Virus record (IMG/VR): IMGVR_UViG_3300045974_000132
Coordinates: 62,001 to 126,000 of that record
DNA length: 64,000 nt
Strand: one strand, 5' to 3'
Positions 28,771 through 38,673 of the stretch are shown here, one piece after another. The notes beneath the pieces are model-generated. The model was not told where the DNA came from, ran no database searches, and saw only the letters and a list, made by a program, of their open reading frames with translations. Numbering within the stretch: the first letter of the stretch is position 1; each line of letters begins with the position of its first letter. The position numbers and the translations under genes were made by a program.

Positions 28771-30360
28771 TTAAATGTTAGAACCAGTAACGCGAACACC
28801 CGTTGCGTTAATGACTGCGGTAAATTGAACACGCTTTACTGGCAGAACAGGATCAAGCCAGAAGTCGATATAAAGATCACCTGCTGCGATACTCTCATTG
28901 GTGTTATTACTTTCATCACAAACAACACCGAAGTTGTACAAGCCGCGTGCGTTCTTAATAGGACGGAGCAAACGAGTACCTGCATCTTCAAGACGGCTAC
29001 GCAGTTGTTGATCGTTAGGATCGAACACGCTATACAACAGAACGTTCTCCATCGACTTCTCGATAAAGATCATTAGGCGACGTACGGACATGTTAGACAG
29101 TGAACTACCTATGATCTGGAGAGTATCAGCACCCCAAATCTTGATACCACTGCCTTCAATCAGACGAATTGAATTAACTTGCGACTCATACAGAGCATCG
29201 CGCTTACCTTGGTCATATACAACACGAACGCCATCTACCTTCAGATCGCCGCGTGTCATACCTGCTGGTGCAAACCAAAGTTCATAGTCACGATCGGTAC
29301 GTGCATAACAAGCAGCAACAAAGCCTGACGGTGGAACATACAAACGTATATCGTTGTACTGGTCACCGATCAGAAGATCACTAGAGTACAAAGCACTATA
29401 GGAACTATCAACTGCTAGGTCTGTACGACGATAAGCAATTGCATCTGTTACCTTTTGTTGATCGGAAGGAACATCCAAGATCGCAATACAATCCATCCGA
29501 GTACGGCATAGATCATCAATAGCTCGTTGGTAGTCAGTATCAGTAATGCCACCGTTGATGAACATGTTAATGTCAATCACTTCAGGATCTGCAAAGCTAT
29601 CCAGGGCTTGAATGAAGTCATACTTGTTCGGGCGAGCACCGTCAGCACCACCTACGATTGAGATACCTAATGAAGTAGCACTGCCACCTGCATCAAAAGT
29701 ATTAATCAATTGCTTCGCTGGCGTAGCAATCAGTTCAGCATTTTGGTGATTCTGAACGATTTGAATGTAGCTGGACTTACGGTTGATCTGTTGTTCAATA
29801 TTCAATTGAACACCGTAGCCGTCAACAACATAAGCTAAGTGACAACGCCATTTCTCAACAGGCTGTGAGCTACCTGTTACATAGACTTCAAGATAGAAGA
29901 AGCCTTGACCGAACTTCGTATCAGGATAGACACGAACGTAGAGTCGTGCATTCCAGTCACCCGGATTGATTGCATAGATTGCAAACAGGTCAGTAGGTGC
30001 AATAGAAATGTCGTCAGCCGTTGCTACACCTGAAGCAAACGGAAGTGACGTATTGAAGCTACCGTCAAAGCCGATGTTGCAACCACCGTATAGAGCATGA
30101 GGTGCAACACGTAGAGCGTACATGCGGTCGCCTTCAGACAAGAAAGCAACAGCAGAGTGACCCATGAAACCGATTGTAGCATCAGGCTTGCCGAAGATTG
30201 AAATGTACTCACTCTCAGAAGTTACTAGAGTAGGAATACCTACAGGGCCTTGATGCGCTTCACCTATCAATACAGCAATAGACGTTGTAGCAGCTACAGG
30301 TGTTTGGGAGAAGTCGCGTTCTTGAACATAAACGCCGGCACTGTTGTGAACATTACCCAT
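28771..30360 (-). CDS. tail sheath protein
   Basis: SAGVYVQERD, GPVG.PTLVTS, VPPSG, WFAPAG..RG, IWGADTL, SVRRL, VCDESNNT. Confidence 0.95.
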   Translation of the reverse strand: MGNVHNSAGVYVQERDFSQTPVAATTSIAVLIGEAHQGPVGIPTLVTSESEYISIFGKPDATIGFMGHSAVAFLSEGDRMYALRVAPHALYGGCNIGFDGSFNTSLPFASGVATADDISIAPTDLFAIYAINPGDWNARLYVRVYPDTKFGQGFFYLEVYVTGSSQPVEKWRCHLAYVVDGYGVQLNIEQQINRKSSYIQIVQNHQNAELIATPAKQLINTFDAGGSATSLGISIVGGADGARPNKYDFIQALDSFADPEVIDINMFINGGITDTDYQRAIDDLCRTRMDCIAILDVPSDQQKVTDAIAYRRTDLAVDSSYSALYSSDLLIGDQYNDIRLYVPPSGFVAACYARTDRDYELWFAPAGMTRGDLKVDGVRVVYDQGKRDALYESQVNSIRLIEGSGIKIWGADTLQIIGSSLSNMSVRRLMIFIEKSMENVLLYSVFDPNDQQLRSRLEDAGTRLLRPIKNARGLYNFGVVCDESNNTNESIAAGDLYIDFWLDPVLPVKRVQFTAVINATGVRVTGSNI

Positions 30361-30400
30361 GATAGGCCCCTCCTAAGCTATTAGGTTTAAAAATCATAAC

Positions 30401-30772
30401 TTAACTCCAAAGATATTGTAGACGGATTTGAGACATACCTGAGATAGGTGTAACTGTGATTTGTGCAACAGGGCCTTGATGCACAAATAATCCGCTGCAT
30501 TCAAGTGTTACCTGAGTACCTGCTACATCCCGTATTGATACCAGATAAGGATCAAAAGATGAAAGTATAACGATAGACTTAATATCTGTTATTGTATAGG
30601 GAGTGCTACCGACGTTTGTGTCACCGTTATTAAAGCCGTTAGCATCTAATATCGGTGTTGCGCAACTCCCTTTCATTCGTACAGTTCGTGATAGAACATC
30701 GGCCAGTTGGACAATAAATTCTACTACGACTGTCTTTGAGAACGGAAGCCTTTTCTTACCAAGGTTGGACAT
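30401..30772 (-). CDS. hypothetical structural protein
   Basis: ORF in the neck/tail block; beta-rich. Confidence 0.6.
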   Translation of the reverse strand: MSNLGKKRLPFSKTVVVEFIVQLADVLSRTVRMKGSCATPILDANGFNNGDTNVGSTPYTITDIKSIVILSSFDPYLVSIRDVAGTQVTLECSGLFVHQGPVAQITVTPISGMSQIRLQYLWS

Positions 30773-31439
30773 AAGATGGCCCTTCTATTTCAAAAACTTC
30801 TTCAGTCTGACCGTTAGACTGCAAGGATACCCGCAATTTAGTAGCTTGCCCATTGACAGCCGATACATCACGGAAGAAACCTATTTCACTAGACATTATG
30901 ATCTGTGTAACAATGTCAGTAGCTTCAGGGAGTTGCGGATTCTGTTCTTCTTGTATATCAATTGTGCTATCAAGAGGAATCTCCAGGCCGACTGTAAAAC
31001 TATACATGTCGCCTACGTCGATCTGAAACTTTAATCCACCTGTTGAGCTTAACAGAACTAAGGTTTGTGCCATCGTCAACAAACGTCTAGGGTCTGTATC
31101 AATGTAGTGAAACTCTAAGCCTAGCTTAACCGGAAACAGATATATTTTCTTGCTTGTTGCAAGTTCCCCCGCAGTGCTTACTCTAACACCATGCTTACGA
31201 ATAGCATAGTTGTTGGTAGTATCTCTTGAACCTGCTAAGGACTGTATCTTGAAGTAGCTCCAGGGAAAAGAAAGTTGTTCACCCTTAGTCTCAGCCCTGC
31301 GAATTAAGTCCTGCTTGTAGTTCTCAGACATAGTGAACAGTATGTCTTTTATATCCAACTCACGTTCTAACACACCTCTTACACCTGTTAAGGCAATAAA
31401 AAGCAAGTTTTCTTTAGCGAGTTCTTTGATTAAGGACAT
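30756..31439 (-). CDS. putative neck / tail-terminator protein
   Basis: Position between head and sheath genes; GGAGGAG RBS; function inferred from position only. Confidence 0.45.
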   Translation of the reverse strand: MSLIKELAKENLLFIALTGVRGVLERELDIKDILFTMSENYKQDLIRRAETKGEQLSFPWSYFKIQSLAGSRDTTNNYAIRKHGVRVSTAGELATSKKIYLFPVKLGLEFHYIDTDPRRLLTMAQTLVLLSSTGGLKFQIDVGDMYSFTVGLEIPLDSTIDIQEEQNPQLPEATDIVTQIIMSSEIGFFRDVSAVNGQATKLRVSLQSNGQTEEVFEIEGPSYVQPW

Positions 31440-31469
31440 TAAATATGCTCCTCCCTAGAACTTGAAATG

Positions 31470-31502
31470 AAAAAGCCCCACCCACATAGTGAGCAGGGCT
31501 TT
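31470..31502 (-). terminator. rho-independent terminator
   Basis: AGCCCTGCTCAC-TAT-GTGGGTGGGGCT stem (G-U pairs valid on minus) followed by TTTT. Confidence 0.8.
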
Positions 31503-31513
31503 AGTCCTGTGGC

Positions 31514-32311
31514 TTACTGTTTCACCTTTACAGGGGAGCTTACGTCCAAGCCCTTCACGATCTTAATGCTTGAGAACGACACAGGTATGCGCTGCTCCCC
31601 CGGGACATCAGGGTCGGCTTCAACGTCTAGGTCTTCCTCGTCAGAAGAGTCTGATTCCGATTCAGTATCTTCGGCTGCTTGCGTAGAGCTATCTTCAGAA
31701 GCTGTAGCCTCCATAGATGCTGCAAGGATTCTACCAATCTGGTGCATAGAAGTAACACGACGACGAATAGGAGAAGGTTTGTGTTCAGAAGATTCCGACT
31801 CTAGGTCTTCTGCATCTGCGTCCTCGTCCTCTTCAGCCCATTCATCAGTGTCTTCATCGTCACTATCTGCGCCCTCTTCACCAGCTAGTTGCTGAAGGTT
31901 TTCAGTAGTGATAGGATTTTGACTATCTTGAAGATGGTCACTTACCGGTTCTAGCAAAGCGTTCGTCAACCGTTTAACATCACCGCATTCAGCAGCTTGT
32001 GCAAACAGAGCGCCCGCTTCTTCAAATTGTTTAGCAGCAAAGGCTTGCAGGGAAAGAGCTAAGAACTTCTTAGCCATAATAACATCTGCACTAACACTTG
32101 CTTCTAGGTTGAAGTTCTCAGAGGTGCCTTCACGCTTAGTGTCAATATCTTTAGTTACGTCCATATCTGTTTCCTTAGAACTATCGTCTGTTTCTTTGTT
32201 AGGGTCGATCACCTCAGGCGTTGCATCTGTGGCAATGTCCTTGTCTGTTGTCGTATCTTCGGAAGGAGTTTCAGGTTTGGTTGTATCTTTGTTGTCGTCA
32301 GTAATTGCCAT
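31514..32311 (-). CDS. highly acidic head-associated (core/scaffold-like) protein
   Basis: D/E/T-rich; contains EASVSA, ESESS and VSFSS motifs; follows the capsid gene. Confidence 0.55.
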   Translation of the reverse strand: MAITDDNKDTTKPETPSEDTTTDKDIATDATPEVIDPNKETDDSSKETDMDVTKDIDTKREGTSENFNLEASVSADVIMAKKFLALSLQAFAAKQFEEAGALFAQAAECGDVKRLTNALLEPVSDHLQDSQNPITTENLQQLAGEEGADSDDEDTDEWAEEDEDADAEDLESESSEHKPSPIRRRVTSMHQIGRILAASMEATASEDSSTQAAEDTESESDSSDEEDLDVEADPDVPGEQRIPVSFSSIKIVKGLDVSSPVKVKQ

Positions 32312-32317
32312 ATTATG

Positions 32318-33703
32318 TCACCCTACGTTAGCTTTAAACCATTTGACTATTTCCCGATGGGTGTAGTCATACCAATTTCTAGGAAGCTTGACTCGTGTGT
32401 TTCCACCGTCAAACACTAGCATTTGAAACTTATACCCTGCTACAATGCAAGCCTTTGCTTTCGCTCTAGTTCTATCCCATAATGTTTTGGGCTGAACATA
32501 GAAGAACTCATGACCTAAGCCTATAGTAGTAAGGCTTTTTACTTCGATCAATATATTCCTATCACGTATAAGCATGTCTGGATAGTAATAACACTTTTTA
32601 CGATTGAATGTATATAAGATAGAAGGTATAGTTCTATCAGAGTCTAATTCAATCGAATTAGGCTTTATAGAAGTGTTATTTAGTAGCCAGTGTATTGCAG
32701 CAGCTTCTTTCCCGCGTACTTTAAATTCGTATCCTCTATACTTGTATAAGTAGAAAGAACCTGAACTCGTAGGAGAACACCTTGGACACCGAAACAATTT
32801 TCGTCTTATATCAGAAGGAGTAGTTTCAAATTTAGCACCGCAGTCTAAATGCTTATACTTAATGCGTGTCTTAGAGTCTACATACCTACCTAACAATTTA
32901 AACTCTGGCTTTTTAAAGCTAAGTTCATCTTTGTATTCAGTATGTGTTTTAACCCTAGTGCCGAACTTATTAGGAAAGCAAGTCGGACATCTTAAATCGA
33001 AACTTCTATTCCAAGGTAGCTCAACTTTGTGCCTACAATCTATATGCTGTAGGGTAACCAAGTCAGACCCAGGCGTGTATTTAACGGGTGTCCAAACAGA
33101 GTTGCGCTCTGCGTGGATTGCTTTAAGATTTGTAAGTGTCTGTACAACCACCTTCTTATGCAAGCACTCACACTTAACACCGCCTCGGTATAGAGCGTAG
33201 TTGTCCGCTTCAAACTTAAGCCCACAATCATGTTTAAACGTTGATCTAGGATGACCAAATTTAACCATCTTATAGCCCGGACGTTTTGCTTTAAGTTGCT
33301 TACGAAATTCAACTTCTTTACTACCTAAATCTACTTTAGGCCCTGTTTTACTATAAGTGTTATCACGATATTTAGTGGAGCACTCGTGACAACAAAACCT
33401 ATCTTTGTATTGTTCAATAAAACCTTTACATGTTGGGCATAGATGCGGTTTAGTATCACTATTTATATAGTAGTACCAACGTTCTATACCTACATCAAAA
33501 GACTTAGGTAGGAAAGATGTTTGTACGTCTAAAAACTTTTTGAAACTAGGTTGAGTGTAAAGCTTTGTTATCTTCCTACGAAAATAGGAATGTATATCAT
33601 TGCCTGCTGGTTTATCAAATCCTAAATCAGAGGCAATAGCCAGCAATTGTTTTGAGTGCTTAGGTAGTTTATTTAATAGTGTTGTATTGGCACAGTTGGA
33701 CAT
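32318..33703 (-). mobile_element. homing endonuclease-like protein: Zn-ribbon repeats plus C-terminal PD-(D/E)XK domain
   Basis: H.DCG...CP.C repeats; YYPDMLI...IEVKS; AT-rich; directly downstream of the capsid gene. Confidence 0.75.
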
Positions 33704-33714
33704 AGTAGAACCTC

Positions 33715-33796
33715 TTTACTTGAAGTAAGAAAGGTGTGGGACACCTTTTGAGCATCCCACACTTCTTATACAAGTAAATTAGTATTTCTACTAATT
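33715..33796 (-). terminator. two hairpins after the capsid gene (terminator and/or RBS-control structure)
   Basis: AATTAGTA-GAAA-TACTAATT, then long stem TTTACTTG..AAGAAGTGTGGGA / TCCCACAC..TTCTT..CAAGTAAA. Confidence 0.6.
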
Positions 33797-33805
33797 ATTT
33801 ACTCG

Positions 33806-34903
33806 TCATATTCTCTTGCCCTTAGCAACAGAGCGCGAGTTAGCCAGCGTGAAGCTGAGAACTTCGCTCATGAGCCAGCCGCGAGCGGTAGAGCCGCTGT
33901 CAGCACCCGAAGTAGGTTCGCTACGAACACCACCACGATCACTGTACATAGCGTGATGTTCCGGGGTCGACAGAACGTAGATTTCGCCACGATTCAGGAC
34001 CTTCTGGTTCGGTTGGCGGAAGCCGTCCGTCAGAAGAGTCAGACCAACCAGAGTACCGAGTTCGCCGTTCAGGACCAAGTCATACTTGGTGACCGGATCA
34101 AGGAATGACGAGAAATCGTTGTTGCCGATAATGTCGTTCCAGTAATCGTTAGCGATGATCGCAGTGGTGGCCGGCAGGTTCCAGTCAGTGATGGCGGTAC
34201 GCAGATTGGCAAGCAATTGCGGCGTCAGTTGACCAGCGATGTAGTTAAGCGGATTGACAACGCCAACGGTCAAGTCAGCAGATTGCTTCCACAGCTTATC
34301 TTCCTTGACCATGATTGCGTCAAGACCCATGTTGTACAGGTTGTCAAGCGTGTCGCCGCCAACTTGTTCCATTTCGATACGATCAGCGCGCAGATTTGCC
34401 ACGACTTCAAATTCAGCCGGGTAGAACTGCTTGTTACGAATCATTTGGAACTGTACGTTTGCAGGGCCAGTAGCAACAACAGCCATTGCATCCCACATCG
34501 GGACGTTAACGCGCGGCAGTTCGCCTTGCTTCAGAGTCTGACCAACAGCAACGCGACGGAGGAAGCCTTCGCGGTTACGTTGTTCTTGAATCTGAACAGC
34601 CAGATCGGCGCCCAGAGCAGCCCACTTGACCGGATCAGCAGCAGCAGCGATCATAACTTCGCGGCGCTCTTGAGCCAGTTGCATTTGTTCTTCAGCAGAA
34701 GTAGATTGATGACGGATGTCACCCTTTTCCATTGCAGAGAACATGCCAGTAATGGCGCGAATCAGTTCTTTCTTGTCGTTTGCGTTGAACTCACCAGTCG
34801 AGGTCGACAGGAGACGTTCAGCAGTGCCAGGCATACGGAACTCAGTAACCGGGGCGCCGCTAGCAAGCACAACTTGGGAACCAGCGTACGGATTTGCTTT
34901 CAT
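33806..34903 (-). CDS. major capsid protein (HK97 fold, probable N-terminal propeptide)
   Basis: Size, position after scaffold and decoration genes, strong high-expression codon bias; REGFLRR, AIMVKED, GELGTLVG. Confidence 0.85.
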   Translation of the reverse strand: MKANPYAGSQVVLASGAPVTEFRMPGTAERLLSTSTGEFNANDKKELIRAITGMFSAMEKGDIRHQSTSAEEQMQLAQERREVMIAAAADPVKWAALGADLAVQIQEQRNREGFLRRVAVGQTLKQGELPRVNVPMWDAMAVVATGPANVQFQMIRNKQFYPAEFEVVANLRADRIEMEQVGGDTLDNLYNMGLDAIMVKEDKLWKQSADLTVGVVNPLNYIAGQLTPQLLANLRTAITDWNLPATTAIIANDYWNDIIGNNDFSSFLDPVTKYDLVLNGELGTLVGLTLLTDGFRQPNQKVLNRGEIYVLSTPEHHAMYSDRGGVRSEPTSGADSGSTARGWLMSEVLSFTLANSRSVAKGKRI

Positions 34904-34945
34904 AATGTAAAACTCCTATTGCTTGTAAGATGTACCGGCCTACGA

Positions 34946-35641
34946 TTAGCCGACGTTGATTTCAACAACCAGGAACGGCGAACCGGCTGAAGGGCTGTCC
35001 TTAACAGTCAAGCCCGGAATAGCCTTGTCTGAAGGGCCAGTAGACGGGCCAAGCTTACCACCAGCCAGGAGCTTTGCGAACAGGGCCGTAGACCAGTCCG
35101 CAGAAGCGTCGAAGAAGGAAGTAGCAACTTCCGCTTGCTTGATAGCAGCGATAGTGCCGAGAGCGTTTGCGGCCAGACCACCGTAAGGAGCATCACCGAT
35201 AACGGTACGAGCTTCTTGGACAGTAGGAGCATACAGGTATTGAGCATGGATAGCTTTGCCTGCATTGGAAGCATCAAGAACGTAGTTGGCGCCAACCAGA
35301 ACTACTTCACCAGCAGTCGGGGTACCCGAAGCGATGATAGCTAGAGCAACACCACCGACGGTGATCAGAGCTTGACCAGCGATAGGAGCGCGAGTAAGCG
35401 AACCTGTAGCTGAAGCATCGACGACGCCATCTTCAACCAGCGGCAGAGTAGCCGGTGGCATGTTACGAGCAAGTGCGAAACCTGCAAAGACTTCACCGGC
35501 AGCACCAGTGGAGGGTTGAACCTTGGTTGAACCGGCTTCTTTGACGAAAGCCAGAGCAATACCTTCTTCTTGAATAGCCACGCCGGTAGCGAGGTTTTCA
35601 AAAAGAGATTTAAAAATACGAGTATTCCGAAGTTGCAGCAT
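34946..35641 (-). CDS. capsid decoration / stabilising protein
   Basis: Ala/Gly/Val-rich, between scaffold and capsid genes, same codon bias. Confidence 0.6.
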   Translation of the reverse strand: MLQLRNTRIFKSLFENLATGVAIQEEGIALAFVKEAGSTKVQPSTGAAGEVFAGFALARNMPPATLPLVEDGVVDASATGSLTRAPIAGQALITVGGVALAIIASGTPTAGEVVLVGANYVLDASNAGKAIHAQYLYAPTVQEARTVIGDAPYGGLAANALGTIAAIKQAEVATSFFDASADWSTALFAKLLAGGKLGPSTGPSDKAIPGLTVKDSPSAGSPFLVVEINVG

Positions 35642-35666
35642 GGTTTAAACTCCTTGTTAATTACTC

Positions 35667-37574
35667 TTACCGAGCGCGACGGCCGAGAGAGGAAACAGCA
35701 CGATGGATTTTTTGCATACCTACAGTATCTTCAGTAGAGACAGACACCTCAGTATTTGCACCGGGCTTCTGCTCAGTCGAAACAGAAGTACCCATGCCTG
35801 CTAAACGGCTCTCGATGGAATCAGAAGGTTGTGCAGAAGAAACCGCCTGATAGTTTGTACCGAGAATAGTCTTTGCGAGGCTTTCTTGCACTTCAGAAGG
35901 CTTACTAACAATGTCATTTGCTTGAGCAAACAGCACTGAGTGATAAGCATCTGCGTGTGCCTTGAACGCATTGTCGATAACGACTTCCGGATTACGTACG
36001 CCGGCACTCGACATTGCATTCCAAAGAGCGGACTTGAGAGGATTCTGGACGCCAGCAAAGAAGCCACGGTTGATACCGATAGCAGCAGTTGCCATAGCAG
36101 CCATAAACTTCTCTTGATGGCCCTTAATTTCAGCAGAAAGAGCAGCACGTTGTTCGGAGACTTGCGAATCCACTAAACGGCGAACTTCCTTAGAGACAGA
36201 AACCTTATGCTTGATCGGAGCAAAGCCGAGTTCAGCAAGAGCCTTCTTGATACCCGAGACCTTAGCGGTTGCCAGAGCAGCATGACCGAAAGACGGAGTA
36301 TCGAAAATATCAGCATTCTTACCAGCAGTAGCAGCGCGTGCCATTGCAATAGGAACACCCTTGTGGTATGCAGTCCAAGCAGCACAACCAGCAACCGTAG
36401 AGCTATAGCTTACGTCGAGGTCATCAGCAGAGGCACTTTCATCCAAGTCAGAATCAGCCGCGATTTCTTCGGTATCTTCACCGAGTTCATCACCTTCATC
36501 TTCAGAGCTATCATCGAGAACTGACAAAGCATTACCCTCATCTTCTTCATCTTCAGAAGCGTCATCCGATTCATCATCGCCGGAAGTTGATTTATCTGCA
36601 TCGCTAGATTCAGCAGCAGCAGCGTCTTCCTCACCAGCATCTTCAGAACCTTCATCTTCTTCAGCAGCGCCTTCGTCTGTGCCTTCTTCAGCAGCAGCAT
36701 CGTCGCCTTCGCCTTCATCTTCAGTAGAAGCATCTTCAACGTTGTCACCAGGAACTTCACCGTCGCCCAGGTCTTCTGACTTAGAGACAGTAACCTTAGT
36801 AGCGACAGCTTCTTCAACCGGCTTTTCGCTGAGGTCGATTTCACCAGCAACATCTTCAGAAGGTTCTTGAACTTCGCTCAAGCAAATCGGGCACTCTGAA
36901 ACGTTCTTATCCGAAAGGATGTGAACACCGCAGCCAGCAGAACTACATACAACGTACTGGGTCTTAACCTTAGTACCGCTGGACATAGAAGACAGCTTTT
37001 TGTGGGCAGAGAAAACGCGCATAGCTTCCTTGAATGAAGAAGAAACAACTACTGAAGAGTCTTCGTCTTCGTCGTCTTCTGCATCATCTTCTTCCGAAGA
37101 ATCGTCATCTTCTTCCTCGTCATCTGATTCATCATCATCTGATTCGGAAGCAATGTCTTCATCTTCGTCGGTATCTACATCACCCAGGTCATCTTCATCT
37201 TCATCACCGTCACATTCAGTGGCTAGAGCAGAAGTGCACTGCGGGCAATACTTAACCAGGGATTCACTGTCAAACACAACGTGGGCACCGCAACCAGACG
37301 AGCAAACCAGGTGGTTCGCTTCGATGTCCGCGCTGGAATTAGAAGCGAATTCCAGGGTATCGAGAATTTGGTTATCAGTTTCCAGGTCCATGTCACCAGT
37401 GCTTGGATTGAACATCTGTTCAGCATGACTGGCATGTGTAACGAAGGCTAACTTCCCATCATTACTCACTTGTGCAACCGCGCCCTTGCCCATGGCGAGC
37501 AACCGATACTTATTAATAGCATCGGTTTTAGAACGGCCCACTGCCAGGATGCCGTGAAATTCAGCTTTAGGCAT
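35667..37574 (-). CDS. prohead scaffold/core protein, acidic, with two Zn-finger-like motifs
   Basis: Long D/E tracts; CSS.GCG.H...CP.C twice; probable start MPKAEF at 37574 with AGGAG RBS. Confidence 0.65.
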   Translation of the reverse strand: MPKAEFHGILAVGRSKTDAINKYRLLAMGKGAVAQVSNDGKLAFVTHASHAEQMFNPSTGDMDLETDNQILDTLEFASNSSADIEANHLVCSSGCGAHVVFDSESLVKYCPQCTSALATECDGDEDEDDLGDVDTDEDEDIASESDDDESDDEEEDDDSSEEDDAEDDEDEDSSVVVSSSFKEAMRVFSAHKKLSSMSSGTKVKTQYVVCSSAGCGVHILSDKNVSECPICLSEVQEPSEDVAGEIDLSEKPVEEAVATKVTVSKSEDLGDGEVPGDNVEDASTEDEGEGDDAAAEEGTDEGAAEEDEGSEDAGEEDAAAAESSDADKSTSGDDESDDASEDEEDEGNALSVLDDSSEDEGDELGEDTEEIAADSDLDESASADDLDVSYSSTVAGCAAWTAYHKGVPIAMARAATAGKNADIFDTPSFGHAALATAKVSGIKKALAELGFAPIKHKVSVSKEVRRLVDSQVSEQRAALSAEIKGHQEKFMAAMATAAIGINRGFFAGVQNPLKSALWNAMSSAGVRNPEVVIDNAFKAHADAYHSVLFAQANDIVSKPSEVQESLAKTILGTNYQAVSSAQPSDSIESRLAGMGTSVSTEQKPGANTEVSVSTEDTVGMQKIHRAVSSLGRRAR

Positions 37575-37690
37575 ACTTTTGGCTCCTGTTAATTGTTGAA
37601 ACGAACGTGCAATTTCAAACACGTACAAATAAATTATGGTATTCAGAAATTGCGCTAGACCTACAAAACCTACAAACTACCAATCTACTA

Positions 37691-38185
37691 CTAAAACTGC
37701 ATATCCCGCACCTTTAATCTATTAAAGGCAAGAACATGTTTTTCCCGGTGTACATATTGGGTACTATGGTGTGCCCATTGGTGCATCTTTTCATCAGGGA
37801 CATCTAGGTTTAACGCTATTGTCACATGAGGTACGTAATCCGGATATCTATGCTTTGCACCCCTTTGGAGAAACAAGGAATGAACATGCTTAAATATGGG
37901 TGAATCCAAGATAAATACAGCAATTCCTTTACCGTTTTGCTTCCAATACTCAACCCTAGCAATCTTAGTGAACACCGGCGCCTTAGGATACGGTATTCGG
38001 AGAGTGCGTAAAGCATTATCAGAGCATACAGCTGTTACATGAGAGGTATAAGGAACACTATGGGTTGCGAAAGGTGGATGGGTATACCATACCAGTCCTG
38101 TTAGTAAGTGAGTTGTCCGGTAGTCAGGCGTAAAATGTGCATACACTCCCTTTGTACCGGTATAGTGTTTTGTACATATACGCAT
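37691..38185 (-). CDS. acb1: 2H phosphoesterase, Acb1 / T4 gp57B-like (paralogue 1)
   Basis: GVYA, HVTAVCS, LDSP...H...GAKHRYPDYVPHVTIA: two HxT motifs with Acb1 spacing. Confidence 0.7.
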   Translation of the reverse strand: MRICTKHYTGTKGVYAHFTPDYRTTHLLTGLVWYTHPPFATHSVPYTSHVTAVCSDNALRTLRIPYPKAPVFTKIARVEYWKQNGKGIAVFILDSPIFKHVHSLFLQRGAKHRYPDYVPHVTIALNLDVPDEKMHQWAHHSTQYVHREKHVLAFNRLKVRDMQF

Positions 38186-38207
38186 GGTATCCCGATCTGA
38201 CGCCAAT

Positions 38208-38241
38208 AAAAAAAGGAGTATACCTTTCGATATACTCCTTC
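38208..38241 (-). terminator. rho-independent terminator
   Basis: AAGGAGTATA/TATACTCCTT stem, GAAA-containing loop, T7 tail. Confidence 0.85.
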
Positions 38242-38268
38242 TAAATTATGTTGCACAGATTTTGAGAA

Positions 38269-38664
38269 CTACCGATAGTTACTTCGGCGTCGATCATTCA
38301 CAATAGGACGGTCAGAAGCACGCCTATCTCTACCTACCTGTCGTTTATTCCGGCGGGTAGTAAACCGTTTAAATGCCCAAACAGCACCTAGAAGTAATAG
38401 AACTATTGTCCCAAAGAACATACATATAGGAGGCATAGGTGGGCAATCTTCATCATCAAAGGTTTTTATATATCCTTCAAATCCGAACATAGAATACCAA
38501 GGATACCTTAGCTTATCCGGGGGAACATAATGAGTACGTTTATTAGTACGCGGATCATAGTGGAGAACATGGGGCATACACCAATGCGAAGAACGCCTAA
38601 ATTCAACGTACCCACCTATCTCATTCCATTGATCTAAAGCATAATACAAACATTGAGTTGCCAT
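38269..38664 (-). CDS. hypothetical membrane protein with Arg-rich tail
   Basis: One TM segment (MFFGTIVLLLLGAVWAF), then RRASDR/DRRR tail. Confidence 0.6.
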   Translation of the reverse strand: MATQCLYYALDQWNEIGGYVEFRRSSHWCMPHVLHYDPRTNKRTHYVPPDKLRYPWYSMFGFEGYIKTFDDEDCPPMPPICMFFGTIVLLLLGAVWAFKRFTTRRNKRQVGRDRRASDRPIVNDRRRSNYR

Positions 38665-38673
38665 TTTAATCCT

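Noticed and set aside
28648-29076. 142-aa plus-strand ORF over the structured spacer
   Set aside because: TTG start, overlaps the sheath gene antisense, no recognisable motif.
34217-34990. 257-aa plus-strand ORF
   Set aside because: Antisense shadow of the strongly codon-biased capsid gene; no RBS or motif. The same applies to most other plus-strand ORFs in the track.
36400-37220. TCT/TCA-rich quasi-repeats
   Set aside because: Explained by the Asp/Glu tracts of the scaffold protein.
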